The notes: generated by a model from the letters alone, not told the origin. Shown: positions 51,603 to 61,938, numbered from the stretch's first letter. The stretch: 64,000 bases of DNA from Smithellaceae bacterium (GCA_963682105.1 OY821638.1:463071-527070); one strand, 5' to 3'. Translations and numbers: made by a program.

Positions 51603-51630
51603 ACATCGTCAAGATGACAGAATTACTTAA
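51603..51630 (-). promoter_or_regulatory. Candidate sigma28-type promoter
   Basis: Minus strand TAAG-N15-GACGATGT, a partial match to TAAA-N15-GCCGATAA. About 55 nt upstream of the ATG at 51548. Confidence 0.3.
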
Positions 51631-51642
51631 ATATCCTCTCTT

Positions 51643-52428
51643 TCAGGTCTTCACTATTCGATGCGGTATGGTGAGGCAGATCACATTTCTGCCGTTTTCC
51701 AGACCGAAATGAAGACGGGTTGAGTGTTTCTTCAATATTTCAATGGCCATTAAAAAACCTTTTTCCATGGCTGAATTTTCAAGAGACAGGATATTGCCGT
51801 CCAGGTATTTTACGAGTCTGTCTTTTTCATCCCCGGATACGGACTCACCTGAATATTGAATTATTATCATAATATTTTCATGATCATGTTTTGTTGTCAG
51901 GAAAAAATCCTTGTTACTGTCGGCAAGCGCCCGCGACATGGCAAAACGGATCAGCCGCCAGAAAGCAAGTGTCAATTCAGCCACGTTACCTTTAATTTCT
52001 GGCGTTTCACCATCCAGTTTGACCTCTTTTCGAATCTCATGTTTGAATTCCAGATAAAAATTGGCAAATCGCATTTCCGCCGCTAATAATTGGGACAGGT
52101 TAATTCTTTCATCCCCTTTCGCTGCAAGCGCATAAAACTTACCGGATGCATCACGGAACATTTCAAAAAATGTATCAGATTCTCTACTGACAGAGCGGAT
52201 ATCGTTTTTGATCCGCTGGAGTTCATCCTGAAGAGCCGCAGATGTTTCAGGAAATCTCTCTTCAATTTTCTTAACGACATCATCAATCCGCCGTTGCAAA
52301 AGTTTCGAACGTCCCATGATGCCGTTTAAAGGGTTGGCAAAATTGTGCAAAACACCGGGCATAAGCTCCCGGATAAAAGTTGACGTGAAATCATCTTCCA
52401 GTGCTTTGTAAATATCGCCTCTTTCCAT
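51643..52428 (-). CDS. Sensor-less histidine-kinase-like protein with a degenerate ATPase domain (pseudo-kinase)
   Basis: H-box-like LHNFANPLNGIMGRSKLL. The HATPase-like fold is retained but N, G1 and G2 box residues are substituted (RLIRFAMSRA; IIIQYSGESVSG; MEKGFLMA). No TM or PAS domain. 261 aa. Confidence 0.55.
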   Translation of the reverse strand: MERGDIYKALEDDFTSTFIRELMPGVLHNFANPLNGIMGRSKLLQRRIDDVVKKIEERFPETSAALQDELQRIKNDIRSVSRESDTFFEMFRDASGKFYALAAKGDERINLSQLLAAEMRFANFYLEFKHEIRKEVKLDGETPEIKGNVAELTLAFWRLIRFAMSRALADSNKDFFLTTKHDHENIMIIIQYSGESVSGDEKDRLVKYLDGNILSLENSAMEKGFLMAIEILKKHSTRLHFGLENGRNVICLTIPHRIVKT

Positions 52429-52479
52429 TTATTCCCCCGAATTCGTTGACTCGATGATTCCACCAGCCGGATATATTTT

Positions 52480-53109
52480 TTACATAATAAAATAATTTAC
52501 GAAGTATACTTTTTTCACAACGGCCTTACCCGCCAGTTTGTCCAGTTGATCGGCCAGATCTTTTTTTAATTTTTTGCGTTCTTCTATAGACTTCATGGCG
52601 ACGGCGCTGCGGTTTTGAGCCGTTCTGTAAATAATATTTCTCAAATCCACGCTTTCTTCCAATTTTTCCAGCCCCGAATCTGCTGCGACATCAAACGCGA
52701 CGTCGCATATAAGAATCCTATTATTTCCCTGATTATCTTTGAGATCAATCATAAAATCCTTGACGTAAATAGTTCTCGTGATTTCCGAAACGGCAAACGT
52801 CTTTTTGACCTCGGCCGGAGGGGGAGACTTTACCGCGTGTTCTCGGACAGGAGCAGGAGCCTTTTGTGTAACTACCGTCTGCTGGGAAGGCGAGGTTGTA
52901 CGGGTCAATAAAAAATAACCCAGAATCCCGGAAATAATGAGAACGACCAGCGCGACAGGCGCTCCGATCAGGATCAGTTTGTTGAAGGCCCAGGTTCTAC
53001 CCCGTTCAACCGGAACTTCCTCAACCTCTTCCTCCAGAGGCTGCACATCGGGCGCCGCCAGCTCGATGTCGGGCATTTCTTCAAGAAGATCCAACCTTGC
53101 CTTTTTCAC
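52480..53109 (-). CDS. FliL-family basal-body-associated protein (second paralog)
   Basis: Single TM segment plus a FliL-like C-terminus (IYVKDFMIDLKDNQGNNRILICDVAFDV...VVKKVYFVNYFIM). GTG start in the track; the ATG at 53076 is an alternative. Confidence 0.55.
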   Translation of the reverse strand: MKKARLDLLEEMPDIELAAPDVQPLEEEVEEVPVERGRTWAFNKLILIGAPVALVVLIISGILGYFLLTRTTSPSQQTVVTQKAPAPVREHAVKSPPPAEVKKTFAVSEITRTIYVKDFMIDLKDNQGNNRILICDVAFDVAADSGLEKLEESVDLRNIIYRTAQNRSAVAMKSIEERKKLKKDLADQLDKLAGKAVVKKVYFVNYFIM

Positions 53110-53127
53110 TTCTGATCAACCTGCTTT

Positions 53128-53889
53128 CTACCGGGCGAATTTGACCATGCCGCGCAGACGCAATACCGCCTGTGCGTGAAGCTGGCAAACCCGGGATTCC
53201 GTCAAATCCATAACTCGTCCCGCTTCTTTCATTGTCAATTCTTCATAATAATACAAAGACAGCACCAGTTTCTCTTTAGGGGGCAACTGGTTAATCGCCT
53301 CTTTCAGTTTTTCACGAAATTCCATATCCACCAGCATGTTGAGAGGATTACCTTCGTTGATTTCTTCAAAGACGTCTTCCCGGCTGTACTTTTCCAGATA
53401 GTCAGGCGGTAAATCTTCCGTAGAAATTAACGACACACATCGAGCTTCGTCCAGAAGCTTGAAATATTCATCAAGCGATATTCCCAGATGGCCGGCGATT
53501 TCTCCCTCATTGGGCGCTCGGCCGAGTTTGCGCTTGAGCGCGTTCATTGCGCTTTCGATCTTATTGTCCTTGCTGCGCGTGGCTCGCGGCACCCAGTCTT
53601 TGGCTCTCAGCTCATCGAGCACCGCGCCGCGGATACGGAAGCTGGCATAGGTTTCAAACTGAACATTCCTGGATTTGTCGTATTTATCCAGCGCGGACAT
53701 CAGTCCCATGATTCCCACATTGACAAGATCCTCTTTATCCGCCGCATCAATCGGCAGTTTCGCCGCCAGCCGTCCGACAATATTTTTGACCAGCGGCGCA
53801 TACTGCATAATTAAAGCATCACGATTATGCTTATGCGCGGTTTTTGTCGAGGATGTTTTCCCAGAAGAATATAATGCTGCCGTTTTCAT
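53128..53889 (-). CDS. fliA: Flagellar sigma factor FliA (sigma28)
   Basis: Sigma70-family regions 2-4 (YAPLVKNIVGRLA.., FETYASFRIRGAVLDELR, LSLYYYEELTMKEAGRVMDLTESRVCQLH). Confidence 0.92.
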   Translation of the reverse strand: MKTAALYSSGKTSSTKTAHKHNRDALIMQYAPLVKNIVGRLAAKLPIDAADKEDLVNVGIMGLMSALDKYDKSRNVQFETYASFRIRGAVLDELRAKDWVPRATRSKDNKIESAMNALKRKLGRAPNEGEIAGHLGISLDEYFKLLDEARCVSLISTEDLPPDYLEKYSREDVFEEINEGNPLNMLVDMEFREKLKEAINQLPPKEKLVLSLYYYEELTMKEAGRVMDLTESRVCQLHAQAVLRLRGMVKFAR

Positions 53890-54787
53890 ATTCCGTCACA
53901 TTCTCCGCGGACAGCTTGTCCGCAATTTTTTCAAGACATCGCGCCGCCGGAGACTGAGGATAAATCTCAGCAAGCGCCGTTTGCTGCCTGACGGCATCCT
54001 TCACCTTTTCATCTAATACAATGTAACCTAAATATTCAATAGTTAAATTTAAAAAATGATCCGTCGCACGGCTTAATCTCGCATAGACTTCCTTCGCTTC
54101 CGACGCGTTTTTCACCATATTCACGATCAGGCGGAATCTGCGTTTCGCATGCCGCTGATAAAGAACTTTGATCAGCGCATATGCATCCGTCATTGAGGTC
54201 GGTTCCGGCGACGTTACGACAATGATTTCTTTGGCCGCCATATTGAAATACATGACGTTTGAAGAAATACCTGCGCCCGTATCAATCAGCATGAAGTCAA
54301 GCGAATCGTTGAGCGTGTTTAATTCATCAACCAGCGTCAACTTCTGCCCGCGGGACAGGTCTGTCATTTCCGGAATACCGGAGGCCGAAGGGAGAATTTT
54401 AATTCCGCCGGGACCCTCAACGATCGCCTGGGCCAGCGTTTTTTCGCCCTTTAAAACATGATAGAGATTATAAGGGGAGTTGATGCCCAGAATCACATCA
54501 ATGTTGGCCAGGCCGGCATCGGCGTCCAGCACCAGCGCCTTTTTATTTCTTTTCGACAAAAGATACGCCAGATTGGCTGCTATATTGGTTTTCCCGACGC
54601 CTCCTTTGCCGCTCGTTACCGAGATGACACGGACATCCCGCGGCTTGAGCGCATAGTTGTCCACATTGACCGGGCTCGGATTCGAATCGTTCAGATGTCT
54701 TTCCTTCTTCTTGATTTCCCGAAGCCCTGCAGCCTGATCCACGGCCATATCATTCCTTACATCCGTTCGCATAAGCGTTTGTTCCAC
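53831..54787 (-). CDS. flhG: FlhG (MinD/ParA-type flagellar number regulator)
   Basis: Deviant Walker A SGKGGVGKT. Lies downstream of flhF. Confidence 0.9.
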   Translation of the reverse strand: MEQTLMRTDVRNDMAVDQAAGLREIKKKERHLNDSNPSPVNVDNYALKPRDVRVISVTSGKGGVGKTNIAANLAYLLSKRNKKALVLDADAGLANIDVILGINSPYNLYHVLKGEKTLAQAIVEGPGGIKILPSASGIPEMTDLSRGQKLTLVDELNTLNDSLDFMLIDTGAGISSNVMYFNMAAKEIIVVTSPEPTSMTDAYALIKVLYQRHAKRRFRLIVNMVKNASEAKEVYARLSRATDHFLNLTIEYLGYIVLDEKVKDAVRQQTALAEIYPQSPAARCLEKIADKLSAENVTEYENGSIIFFWENILDKNRA

Positions 54788-54795
54788 TTTCCGCT

Positions 54796-55956
54796 CTAAT
54801 GAGCCTCACATCTTAACATTAGACTTGCCATCCTTGCCGGTGTCACTTCTTCAATATCCTGCGGCACATTCTGCCCGCATGTCAGATATGTCACCGGTCT
54901 GTTGGTTTTGGAAATAATATCGTAGAGCATCCCGAACCGTCTGGATTCGTCAATTTTCGTGACGATCAGGCTTGAAACCCGGAATCTCGAATATGCGGAA
55001 ACGATATTTTCCAGATGATCTTCGCTTCCCGTGGCATTGATCAGCAGACTTGTCTCCACTTCGCCGGCGGGCAGTATCCCCTCCAACTGATTCAAATATC
55101 CGTCGTCCGGATGGGCTCGGCCCGGCGTGTCCACCAGAATAATGTCTTTATCGGAAAAACTTTTAACGGCTTTTTCAAAGCTTTCCCGCGTGGATGCCTT
55201 TTCCATCCGAAGCCCCATGATTTTAGCGTATGTGCCCAGTTGTTCGGCGGCCGCAATCCGGAAATTATCCGTGGTAATCAGGCCCACGTTTCTTTTTTTC
55301 ATGATGGAGTAACGCGCGGCAAGCTTTGCCAGCGTTGTTGTTTTTCCCACACCGGTCGGCCCGATAAACATTTTAATTCGCTTTTCCGACACACCTTCTT
55401 TGGTTGCCGGAAGGGATTCTCCAATATGTCTGGCCGTAAGCGTTAAGGCCTCTTCTTCGCTTAATCCCTGCGGCATTGCCGCCATTTGATTGACGGCATC
55501 TACGATACGGCAGGCGGTGGCTTTGGAAAAACCACTTGCCGTCAAATGCAGGTAAAGCGTTGAATTCAAGTCCTGCGGCGCCCTGCCCTTGCGCATTCCC
55601 AGAACATCGAAAAAGGAATTAATGGTTTCCTTCATTTCGGCAAGTTCCCGTCCCAGCATGCTTTGTCTTTGCAGTGCCTCCACGGCGCTTTTAATCTCAC
55701 GAAGCTCGCCGCGAAAGGCATCCAGGACATCCGACGACGCAACCACCGGGCGGACTCTGGGTTTTAAATCGTTTTCACGCAGACGGGTTGGGACCACGGA
55801 CGGTTCTTCATCCCGCGCCGCCATGACTTCAAAAACATCCTGCTTTCCGCTTTTAATCTTCCGGGCGGATAAAATCACCGCATCGGGACCCAGGTCTTTT
55901 TTTATTTTGATCATAGCGTCATTCATCGAGGCAACTTCAAAACGTTTTACTTGCAT
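54796..55956 (-). CDS. flhF: FlhF (SRP-type GTPase)
   Basis: GPTGVGKTTTLAKLA, DTPGR and related G-motifs. 386 aa. Confidence 0.9.
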   Translation of the reverse strand: MQVKRFEVASMNDAMIKIKKDLGPDAVILSARKIKSGKQDVFEVMAARDEEPSVVPTRLRENDLKPRVRPVVASSDVLDAFRGELREIKSAVEALQRQSMLGRELAEMKETINSFFDVLGMRKGRAPQDLNSTLYLHLTASGFSKATACRIVDAVNQMAAMPQGLSEEEALTLTARHIGESLPATKEGVSEKRIKMFIGPTGVGKTTTLAKLAARYSIMKKRNVGLITTDNFRIAAAEQLGTYAKIMGLRMEKASTRESFEKAVKSFSDKDIILVDTPGRAHPDDGYLNQLEGILPAGEVETSLLINATGSEDHLENIVSAYSRFRVSSLIVTKIDESRRFGMLYDIISKTNRPVTYLTCGQNVPQDIEEVTPARMASLMLRCEAH

Positions 55957-55960
55957 ACTT

Positions 55961-58045
55961 TTACTCTACCATTCCCAGAGATTTAACATTCACTTCACGT
56001 GATATTTCATTATGAGACAGAATCACAATATTGGGGAAAAACTTTTCCAGGATCTTACGGAAATGAATCCGCGTATTGGGCGAGCACATGATAATCGGCT
56101 GCAACCCGCTTGTAGTAAAGGCATTGACCATTTTCTGCAGATTTGTCACCATCTTTTTCACCAGATTGGGATCCGGCGATACAAAAGACTCATGTTCCGT
56201 ATGAGAAATGGAACGGTTGACCTTGTCTTCAATATCCGGCGACATGATCATAACGGTAATATTGCCGTCTTTGTCCTGATACTGTTTGGTAATCGCACGT
56301 CCGAGCGCCTGCCTCACATAGCCTGTGAGGATATCCGCATTTTTCGTCATGGAGACATATTCACCCAGCGTTTCAATAATAGCGAGCAGATCGCGAATGG
56401 AAATTCTTTCACGCAACAGCCGCTGCAACACGCGATGCAACAGATTGACCGGAACCACTTTGGGTACAATCTCCTTGACCACGCGGGGATAGAGTCCTTC
56501 CAGATTATCCACCAGCGTCTGCACTTCCTGACGCCCCAGAAGTTCATCGGCGTATGTTTTGACAATTTCCGTCAGGTGCGTGGTCATGACCGTGGCCGGA
56601 TCTACCACAACATAACCCTTAGCCATAATGGCGTCTTTATCGCGGTCCGTCACCCACACGGCCGGCAGACCGAATGCGGGTTCCTTCGTGGGGATGCCTT
56701 TCAATTTCACATCCTTGTCGTCAGCCGCTATCACCAGGTGATGTCCCATCATCACCGAGCCATGGGCGATTTCCACGCCTTTGAGCATCACGCTGTATTC
56801 ATCCGGTTTGAGTTTCAGATTGTCGCGAATGTGAATCGCCGGTAGAATAAATCCCATTTCCGTCGCCAGTTGACGGCGAAGGGCCTTAATGCGCTGCAAG
56901 AGTTCGCCGCCCTGCGCGGCGTCAACCATCGGAATGAGCGCATATCCCACTTCCAGTCCCATAGCATCCAGCGGCAAAATGGTATCAACCGCTTCTGCGG
57001 CAGGCGCCGCGGCTTCCTGTTCAACGGCCTCTTCCTCGATTTTCTTTTTCGCCAGAGACTGGACCACCCTCCATGCCAGAAACGCAATAACGGCGGATAC
57101 AATGATGAAAGATACTTTTGGCATTCCCGGAATCAGGGCAAATACAAACAACAATATGGCAGCCGTGGCGATGGCCCGCGGTTGCATAAACACCTGGGAC
57201 TTCACTTCATCGCCCAGTTCCGTGGAGGTAGCCGTTCTCGTCACCAGGAGACCGGCCGCCGTGGAAACGATCAGGGCGGGAACCTGCGTCACCAAACCGT
57301 CACCAATGGTCAACAGTGTATAATTTTTGGCGGCGTCTACCACTGCCATATCCATTTGCAGCACACCAACAATCAGACCGCCGATGACGTTGACCAGAAC
57401 AATTAAAATACCGGCAATCGCGTCGCCTCTGACAAATTTGCTTGCGCCGTCCATCGCGCCGTAAAAATTTGCTTCCTGTTCTATTTCGACACGGCGCTGC
57501 CTGGCCTGCGTATCGGTAATCAGCCCTGCATTTAAATCCGCATCAATGCTCATCTGTTTTCCGGGCATGGCATCGAGAGTGAAACGGGCGGATACTTCGG
57601 CCACGCGTGTTGCACCCTTCGTGATGACGACGAAGTTAATCAGCACCAGCACGAGGAAAACGATCAGGCCAACCACGTAATTGCCGCCGACAACAAAAGT
57701 ACCGAAAGCCTGAATGACTTTACCCGCCGCTTCCGTGCCTTCATTTCCATGAAGCAGAATCAAACGCGTAGAAGCAACATTGAGCGATAACCGCAGAAGC
57801 GTCACCATCAGCAATATGGACGGGAAAACCGAGAATTGCAGCGGTTTCAGAACATACATGGACATCAACAGAATGATGATCGAGAAAGCCAGACTGAAAG
57901 ACAAAAGCACATCCATCAGGAACGTCGGAATGGGAATGATCATGACCAGAAGGATAGCTACGACGGCCATGGCAATCATAGCTGAACTGGATTTAGCCGA
58001 ATCTATAAATGCGTTTGTTCCCGTTACCGTTTGTGCTTCCGCCAT
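55961..58045 (-). CDS. flhA: Flagellar export apparatus protein FlhA
   Basis: 694 aa. N-terminal multi-TM region with the conserved FHIPEP-type segment. Cytoplasmic C-domain. Confidence 0.97.
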   Translation of the reverse strand: MAEAQTVTGTNAFIDSAKSSSAMIAMAVVAILLVMIIPIPTFLMDVLLSFSLAFSIIILLMSMYVLKPLQFSVFPSILLMVTLLRLSLNVASTRLILLHGNEGTEAAGKVIQAFGTFVVGGNYVVGLIVFLVLVLINFVVITKGATRVAEVSARFTLDAMPGKQMSIDADLNAGLITDTQARQRRVEIEQEANFYGAMDGASKFVRGDAIAGILIVLVNVIGGLIVGVLQMDMAVVDAAKNYTLLTIGDGLVTQVPALIVSTAAGLLVTRTATSTELGDEVKSQVFMQPRAIATAAILLFVFALIPGMPKVSFIIVSAVIAFLAWRVVQSLAKKKIEEEAVEQEAAAPAAEAVDTILPLDAMGLEVGYALIPMVDAAQGGELLQRIKALRRQLATEMGFILPAIHIRDNLKLKPDEYSVMLKGVEIAHGSVMMGHHLVIAADDKDVKLKGIPTKEPAFGLPAVWVTDRDKDAIMAKGYVVVDPATVMTTHLTEIVKTYADELLGRQEVQTLVDNLEGLYPRVVKEIVPKVVPVNLLHRVLQRLLRERISIRDLLAIIETLGEYVSMTKNADILTGYVRQALGRAITKQYQDKDGNITVMIMSPDIEDKVNRSISHTEHESFVSPDPNLVKKMVTNLQKMVNAFTTSGLQPIIMCSPNTRIHFRKILEKFFPNIVILSHNEISREVNVKSLGMVE

Positions 58046-58051
58046 TTTATC

Positions 58052-59128
58052 TTATCCGAATATTTTAATTTTTTTCTGCTCGTAAACAAATGCCAGCACT
58101 TCCGCCACCGCTTTATAAAGATTTTCCGGAACCGCGTTGTTCAACTTCACTATCTTATACAATACCTGTGCCAGAGGCTTATTTTCGACGATAGGAACAT
58201 CATTTTCTTTGGCAATTTCCCGAATTTTTTCGGCGATGACGTCCGCCCCCTTGGCAACGACAATCGGAGCATTCATGCTCATTGGTTCATATTTAATAGC
58301 AATAGCCAGATGCGTCGGGTTGGTCACAACAACTGTGGCTTTCGGAACTTCCGCCATCATGCGCTTGCGCGCCATTTCCCTTTGAATCCGGCGGATTCTG
58401 GCTTTGATCATGGGATCGCCTTCCGTATTCTTGAACTCATCTTTGATTTCCTGCTTTGTCATGCGGATGCTTTTTTCAAATTCCCAGCGCTGGTAGGCAT
58501 AATCAAGCGCCGCCAGAAAAACCAGAACCACCGTCGTCGCAAGCAGGATATTGAAACAAACACGGCCCAGGTAGCTTAGCATTCCCCAGACGGATTGATC
58601 CGCCAAGGGGATTAAGTTCACGAATTCCTTGCGGATCATCAGATAAGCGACGCCTCCGATAATGCAAATCTTCAAAATCCCCTTGATCAGTTCGACGATC
58701 GACCGGATTGAAAACAGTCGCTTAAAACCTTTGGCCGGGCTGATTTTATCGATCTTGGGCTGAATGGATTCCGAAGAAAACATAAACCCGAACTGCATGA
58801 CATTGCCCAGAATTGCAGCGATGAACACCGCAATCAGCATGGGGAAAAGAATACCGAACCCTTTGATAATATAGTCAATAATAATCAGCGTCAGTGTATC
58901 TTGCGTTAAATCTTTGCGGGCGGCTTCACGGAATCCGGTTGTCATAACGTCCATGGTTTTCAAAATCAGCGTGGACCCGCCAAAATAAAAGAAAATCAGG
59001 CTTGCAACCAGAATCCCAACAGAAACAACTTCCTGCGAACGGGCAACCTGCCCTTTCTCTCGCGCTTCTTCGCGTCGTTTTCCTGTTGCCTGCTCGGTTC
59101 GTTCCTGGTCGCTGTCGGTATCCGCCAT
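58052..59128 (-). CDS. flhB: Flagellar export switch protein FlhB
   Basis: 358 aa. N-terminal TM region. NPTH autocleavage motif (VVVTNPTHLAIAIKY). Confidence 0.97.
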   Translation of the reverse strand: MADTDSDQERTEQATGKRREEAREKGQVARSQEVVSVGILVASLIFFYFGGSTLILKTMDVMTTGFREAARKDLTQDTLTLIIIDYIIKGFGILFPMLIAVFIAAILGNVMQFGFMFSSESIQPKIDKISPAKGFKRLFSIRSIVELIKGILKICIIGGVAYLMIRKEFVNLIPLADQSVWGMLSYLGRVCFNILLATTVVLVFLAALDYAYQRWEFEKSIRMTKQEIKDEFKNTEGDPMIKARIRRIQREMARKRMMAEVPKATVVVTNPTHLAIAIKYEPMSMNAPIVVAKGADVIAEKIREIAKENDVPIVENKPLAQVLYKIVKLNNAVPENLYKAVAEVLAFVYEQKKIKIFG

Positions 59129-59177
59129 GTCAACTCCATCAATTTCCTGACAGTTGCGTCAATATTTCGTTAATTTT

Positions 59178-59957
59178 TCACATCAAGCGTAAAAGCGATA
59201 TGATTTTGCCTTCCAGACCGCTGAATATTCCGATCGTCATACGCACAAAAAGAGGCGCTGTGAGTCCCAGAAACACCAGCCCCAGAGAAATCTGCAGAGG
59301 GAACCCGACAATGAAAATATTCATTTGCGGCACCGTTCGCGCCATAATGCCTAAACCAACATTGGTAAAAATCATTACAGCCGTGATCGGCGCGGCCAGT
59401 TTCAGTGCAATCACAAACATTTCCTTCGACGCTTCAAAAATCAATTGCATCAACTGGCCGGAAAAATGAAAGGATAAAGGTTTCAGTACGGCGTAGCTTT
59501 GAACAATGGCCTGAAAGAACAAATGGTGCGCATTAACTGTCAGAAATACCAGCATGGCGATCAGGTATTGCAGCTCCGTGACAATGGAAACCTGCTCGGA
59601 GCTCATCGGATCGATGACATTGGCGATGGAAAACCCCATTTCCAGACCGATGACATTTCCGGCCGTCTGAATGGCCGAGAAAATCATCCGGCTGACAAAA
59701 CCGATGGTCACACCGATCAGCGTTTCGCCGATCATCAGAAATATCAACTGAATGATGTGATAATTTTTAGTAGGCGGTATCTGGCCTACCACCAGGGGAA
59801 AGATAATAATGGAGATAATAATGGAAAGGGCGGCCTTAAATCTGACCGGAACCATGCTCTCCGATAAGACCGGAATCGTGACGATCATGGCGCTCACCCG
59901 CAGCAGCACGAGTACAAAAGCCTCGAAATGCTCTGAGGATAAAAAGGGCAAGCTCAT
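59178..59957 (-). CDS. fliR: Flagellar export protein FliR
   Basis: 259-aa polytopic membrane protein between fliQ and flhB. Confidence 0.9.
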   Translation of the reverse strand: MSLPFLSSEHFEAFVLVLLRVSAMIVTIPVLSESMVPVRFKAALSIIISIIIFPLVVGQIPPTKNYHIIQLIFLMIGETLIGVTIGFVSRMIFSAIQTAGNVIGLEMGFSIANVIDPMSSEQVSIVTELQYLIAMLVFLTVNAHHLFFQAIVQSYAVLKPLSFHFSGQLMQLIFEASKEMFVIALKLAAPITAVMIFTNVGLGIMARTVPQMNIFIVGFPLQISLGLVFLGLTAPLFVRMTIGIFSGLEGKIISLLRLM

Positions 59958-60007
59958 TTATGTCATCTCCGTTTTCATGGCAGATCATATTCCAGGTCCG
60001 TATTTAA

Positions 60008-60277
60008 CTATTTCACATACGATGGAATACTCGTAAACAGTGTCTGTGTATAATTGATCAGCATGCCGATGATCCAGGGCAGTGCAGCAATAAGCGTGAC
60101 CAAAACGGCGACGATTTTGGGCACAAAGACCAGCGTCATTTCCTGAATCTGGGTTACGGCCTGGAAAAGACTGATGACAACGCCCACGATCAATCCGACA
60201 AGCAGCATCGGCGCCGCAACCATTAGCGTTACTTTTATCGTTTCAGCCATTAATCCAACAATCGTATCCGGCGTCAT
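60008..60277 (-). CDS. fliQ: Flagellar export protein FliQ
   Basis: 89 aa, two TM segments, conserved position. Confidence 0.9.
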   Translation of the reverse strand: MTPDTIVGLMAETIKVTLMVAAPMLLVGLIVGVVISLFQAVTQIQEMTLVFVPKIVAVLVTLIAALPWIIGMLINYTQTLFTSIPSYVK

Positions 60278-60294
60278 ATTCTATTCCCTTCTTC

Positions 60295-61068
60295 TCAATG
60301 AAAACTCTGCACGAGTGAACCGACAATCAAATGCCAGCCATCCACCAGAACAAATAAGAGCAGTTTGAACGGGAGACTCACCATAACCGGCGGCAGCATC
60401 ATCATGCCCATCGATAAAAGAACGCTTGCCACCACCATATCCAGGATCAGAAATGGCAGATAAATCATGAAACCGATCTGAAATGCGGTTTTGAGTTCAC
60501 TGATGGCAAATGCCGGGACCAGAGTCTTCATGGAAACATCTTCCGGCTTGGCCGGCCGCTCTTCCTTGGCGATTTTGATGAAGAGAGCCAGGTCCTTTTC
60601 CCGCACCTGTTTGAGCATAAATTCTTTAATCGGCACCACGGCTTTGGTCATTGCCGCTTCGCCGGAAATATTTTCTTCATAATAAGGTTTAAGCGCTTCG
60701 GTATTGACACGGTTAATCACAGGCGACATGATGAAGAACGTCAGAAAAAGCGAAAGGCCAACGATGACCTGATTCGGAGGCATCGTTGTCGTGCCTAGAG
60801 CGTGACGGATCAACGACAACACAATCACCACGCGTGTAAAAGACGTCATCAGCAACAACAGCCCCGGCGCCAGAGACAAGATGGTCATCAAAATGACCAG
60901 TTGAATCAGTGACTGTATCTTTTCAGGCTCCGTTGTGCCGCCCGACAGCGTCAGATTGACGTTAGGCAGTGTAAACGGCTGAGCGGCCCAGGCCAGGGCC
61001 GGCAAAATCAGGGAGCACAAAATCACGGCGGTGATCACGCCGATATGAGTCAGAGTTGATTTTTTCAT
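60295..61068 (-). CDS. fliP: Flagellar export protein FliP
   Basis: Signal sequence plus conserved segments (TSFTRVVIVLSLIRHALGT; FQIGFMIYLPFLILDMVVASVLLSMGMMMLPP). Confidence 0.95.
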   Translation of the reverse strand: MKKSTLTHIGVITAVILCSLILPALAWAAQPFTLPNVNLTLSGGTTEPEKIQSLIQLVILMTILSLAPGLLLLMTSFTRVVIVLSLIRHALGTTTMPPNQVIVGLSLFLTFFIMSPVINRVNTEALKPYYEENISGEAAMTKAVVPIKEFMLKQVREKDLALFIKIAKEERPAKPEDVSMKTLVPAFAISELKTAFQIGFMIYLPFLILDMVVASVLLSMGMMMLPPVMVSLPFKLLLFVLVDGWHLIVGSLVQSFH

Positions 61069-61466
61069 TTTGCCGATTTACCTGATTTTTTACCTGGTGA
61101 AATGTTGGCCAGCGACAACAGCCTTGCAATTTTGTCCCCGGAAAACGGACTGGTCGGCGTGCTCCCCCGCTGGGCTTTCATTTTAGCAACCGTCAGAGGA
61201 TCATTAATATGGGCCAGGGGCGTCATCGATTGTCCGGAAACACCGACAACGATCACCTGCTCCATCACTTCAACCAGAAGAATGCTGGATTTGGGTCCCA
61301 GATATCTTGAAGACAAAATATTGATTAACGATTGATTATCGGCGGCAGGCGCCGTGCGTTGCATGAACACTTTGATAAAATACATCACGCCGATCAAAAG
61401 CCCCAGCACTATCGCCAGCGCGAAAATCATCTTCAGAAACGATCCCACCAGAGAAACACTTTCCAT
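61065..61466 (-). CDS. fliO: FliO/FliZ-like small membrane protein
   Basis: 133 aa from the ATG at 61466. Single TM segment. Lies between fliN and fliP. Confidence 0.65.
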   Translation of the reverse strand: MESVSLVGSFLKMIFALAIVLGLLIGVMYFIKVFMQRTAPAADNQSLINILSSRYLGPKSSILLVEVMEQVIVVGVSGQSMTPLAHINDPLTVAKMKAQRGSTPTSPFSGDKIARLLSLANISPGKKSGKSAK

Positions 61467-61479
61467 CGATTTATCCCAC

Positions 61480-61938
61480 TTATGCCAGTTTATTGACGCG
61501 TTCCGCCGGAGATACAATATCCGTCAGGCGTACACCGAATTTTTCGTTGACGACGACAACTTCTCCCCTGGCTATCAGACGCTGATTGACGTAGATGTCC
61601 ATCGGCTCTCCGGCCAGTTTGGAAAGTTCCAGAACGGACCCCTGCCCCAGTTGAAGAAGCTCACTGATCAGCATTTTGCTTCTTCCCAACTCGGCTGTGA
61701 GCGTCAGGGGGATATCGAGAATAAAATCCAGATTAAAATTTTGTTTGCCCTGCGGTTGTGGTTTTTGCAGTTCATCGAAATGCACATTGGAGACTTCCGT
61801 TTTGGGCAGCGGATGCGCGGACATTTCCATTTCGTCCTTAACGTCGTCCCAACTGATGTTTTCCTCAGCGGCCGCCGGTTCCTGTTCTTTGGCCTGTCCG
61901 ACACCTTTCATTAATTCATCAATTTCATTCTGTTCCAT
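61480..61938 (-). CDS. fliN: Flagellar motor switch protein FliN
   Basis: C-terminal SpoA domain (LTAELGRSKMLISELLQLGQGSVLELSKLAGEPMDIYVNQRLIARGEVVVVNEKFGVRLTDI). Confidence 0.93.
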   Translation of the reverse strand: MEQNEIDELMKGVGQAKEQEPAAAEENISWDDVKDEMEMSAHPLPKTEVSNVHFDELQKPQPQGKQNFNLDFILDIPLTLTAELGRSKMLISELLQLGQGSVLELSKLAGEPMDIYVNQRLIARGEVVVVNEKFGVRLTDIVSPAERVNKLA

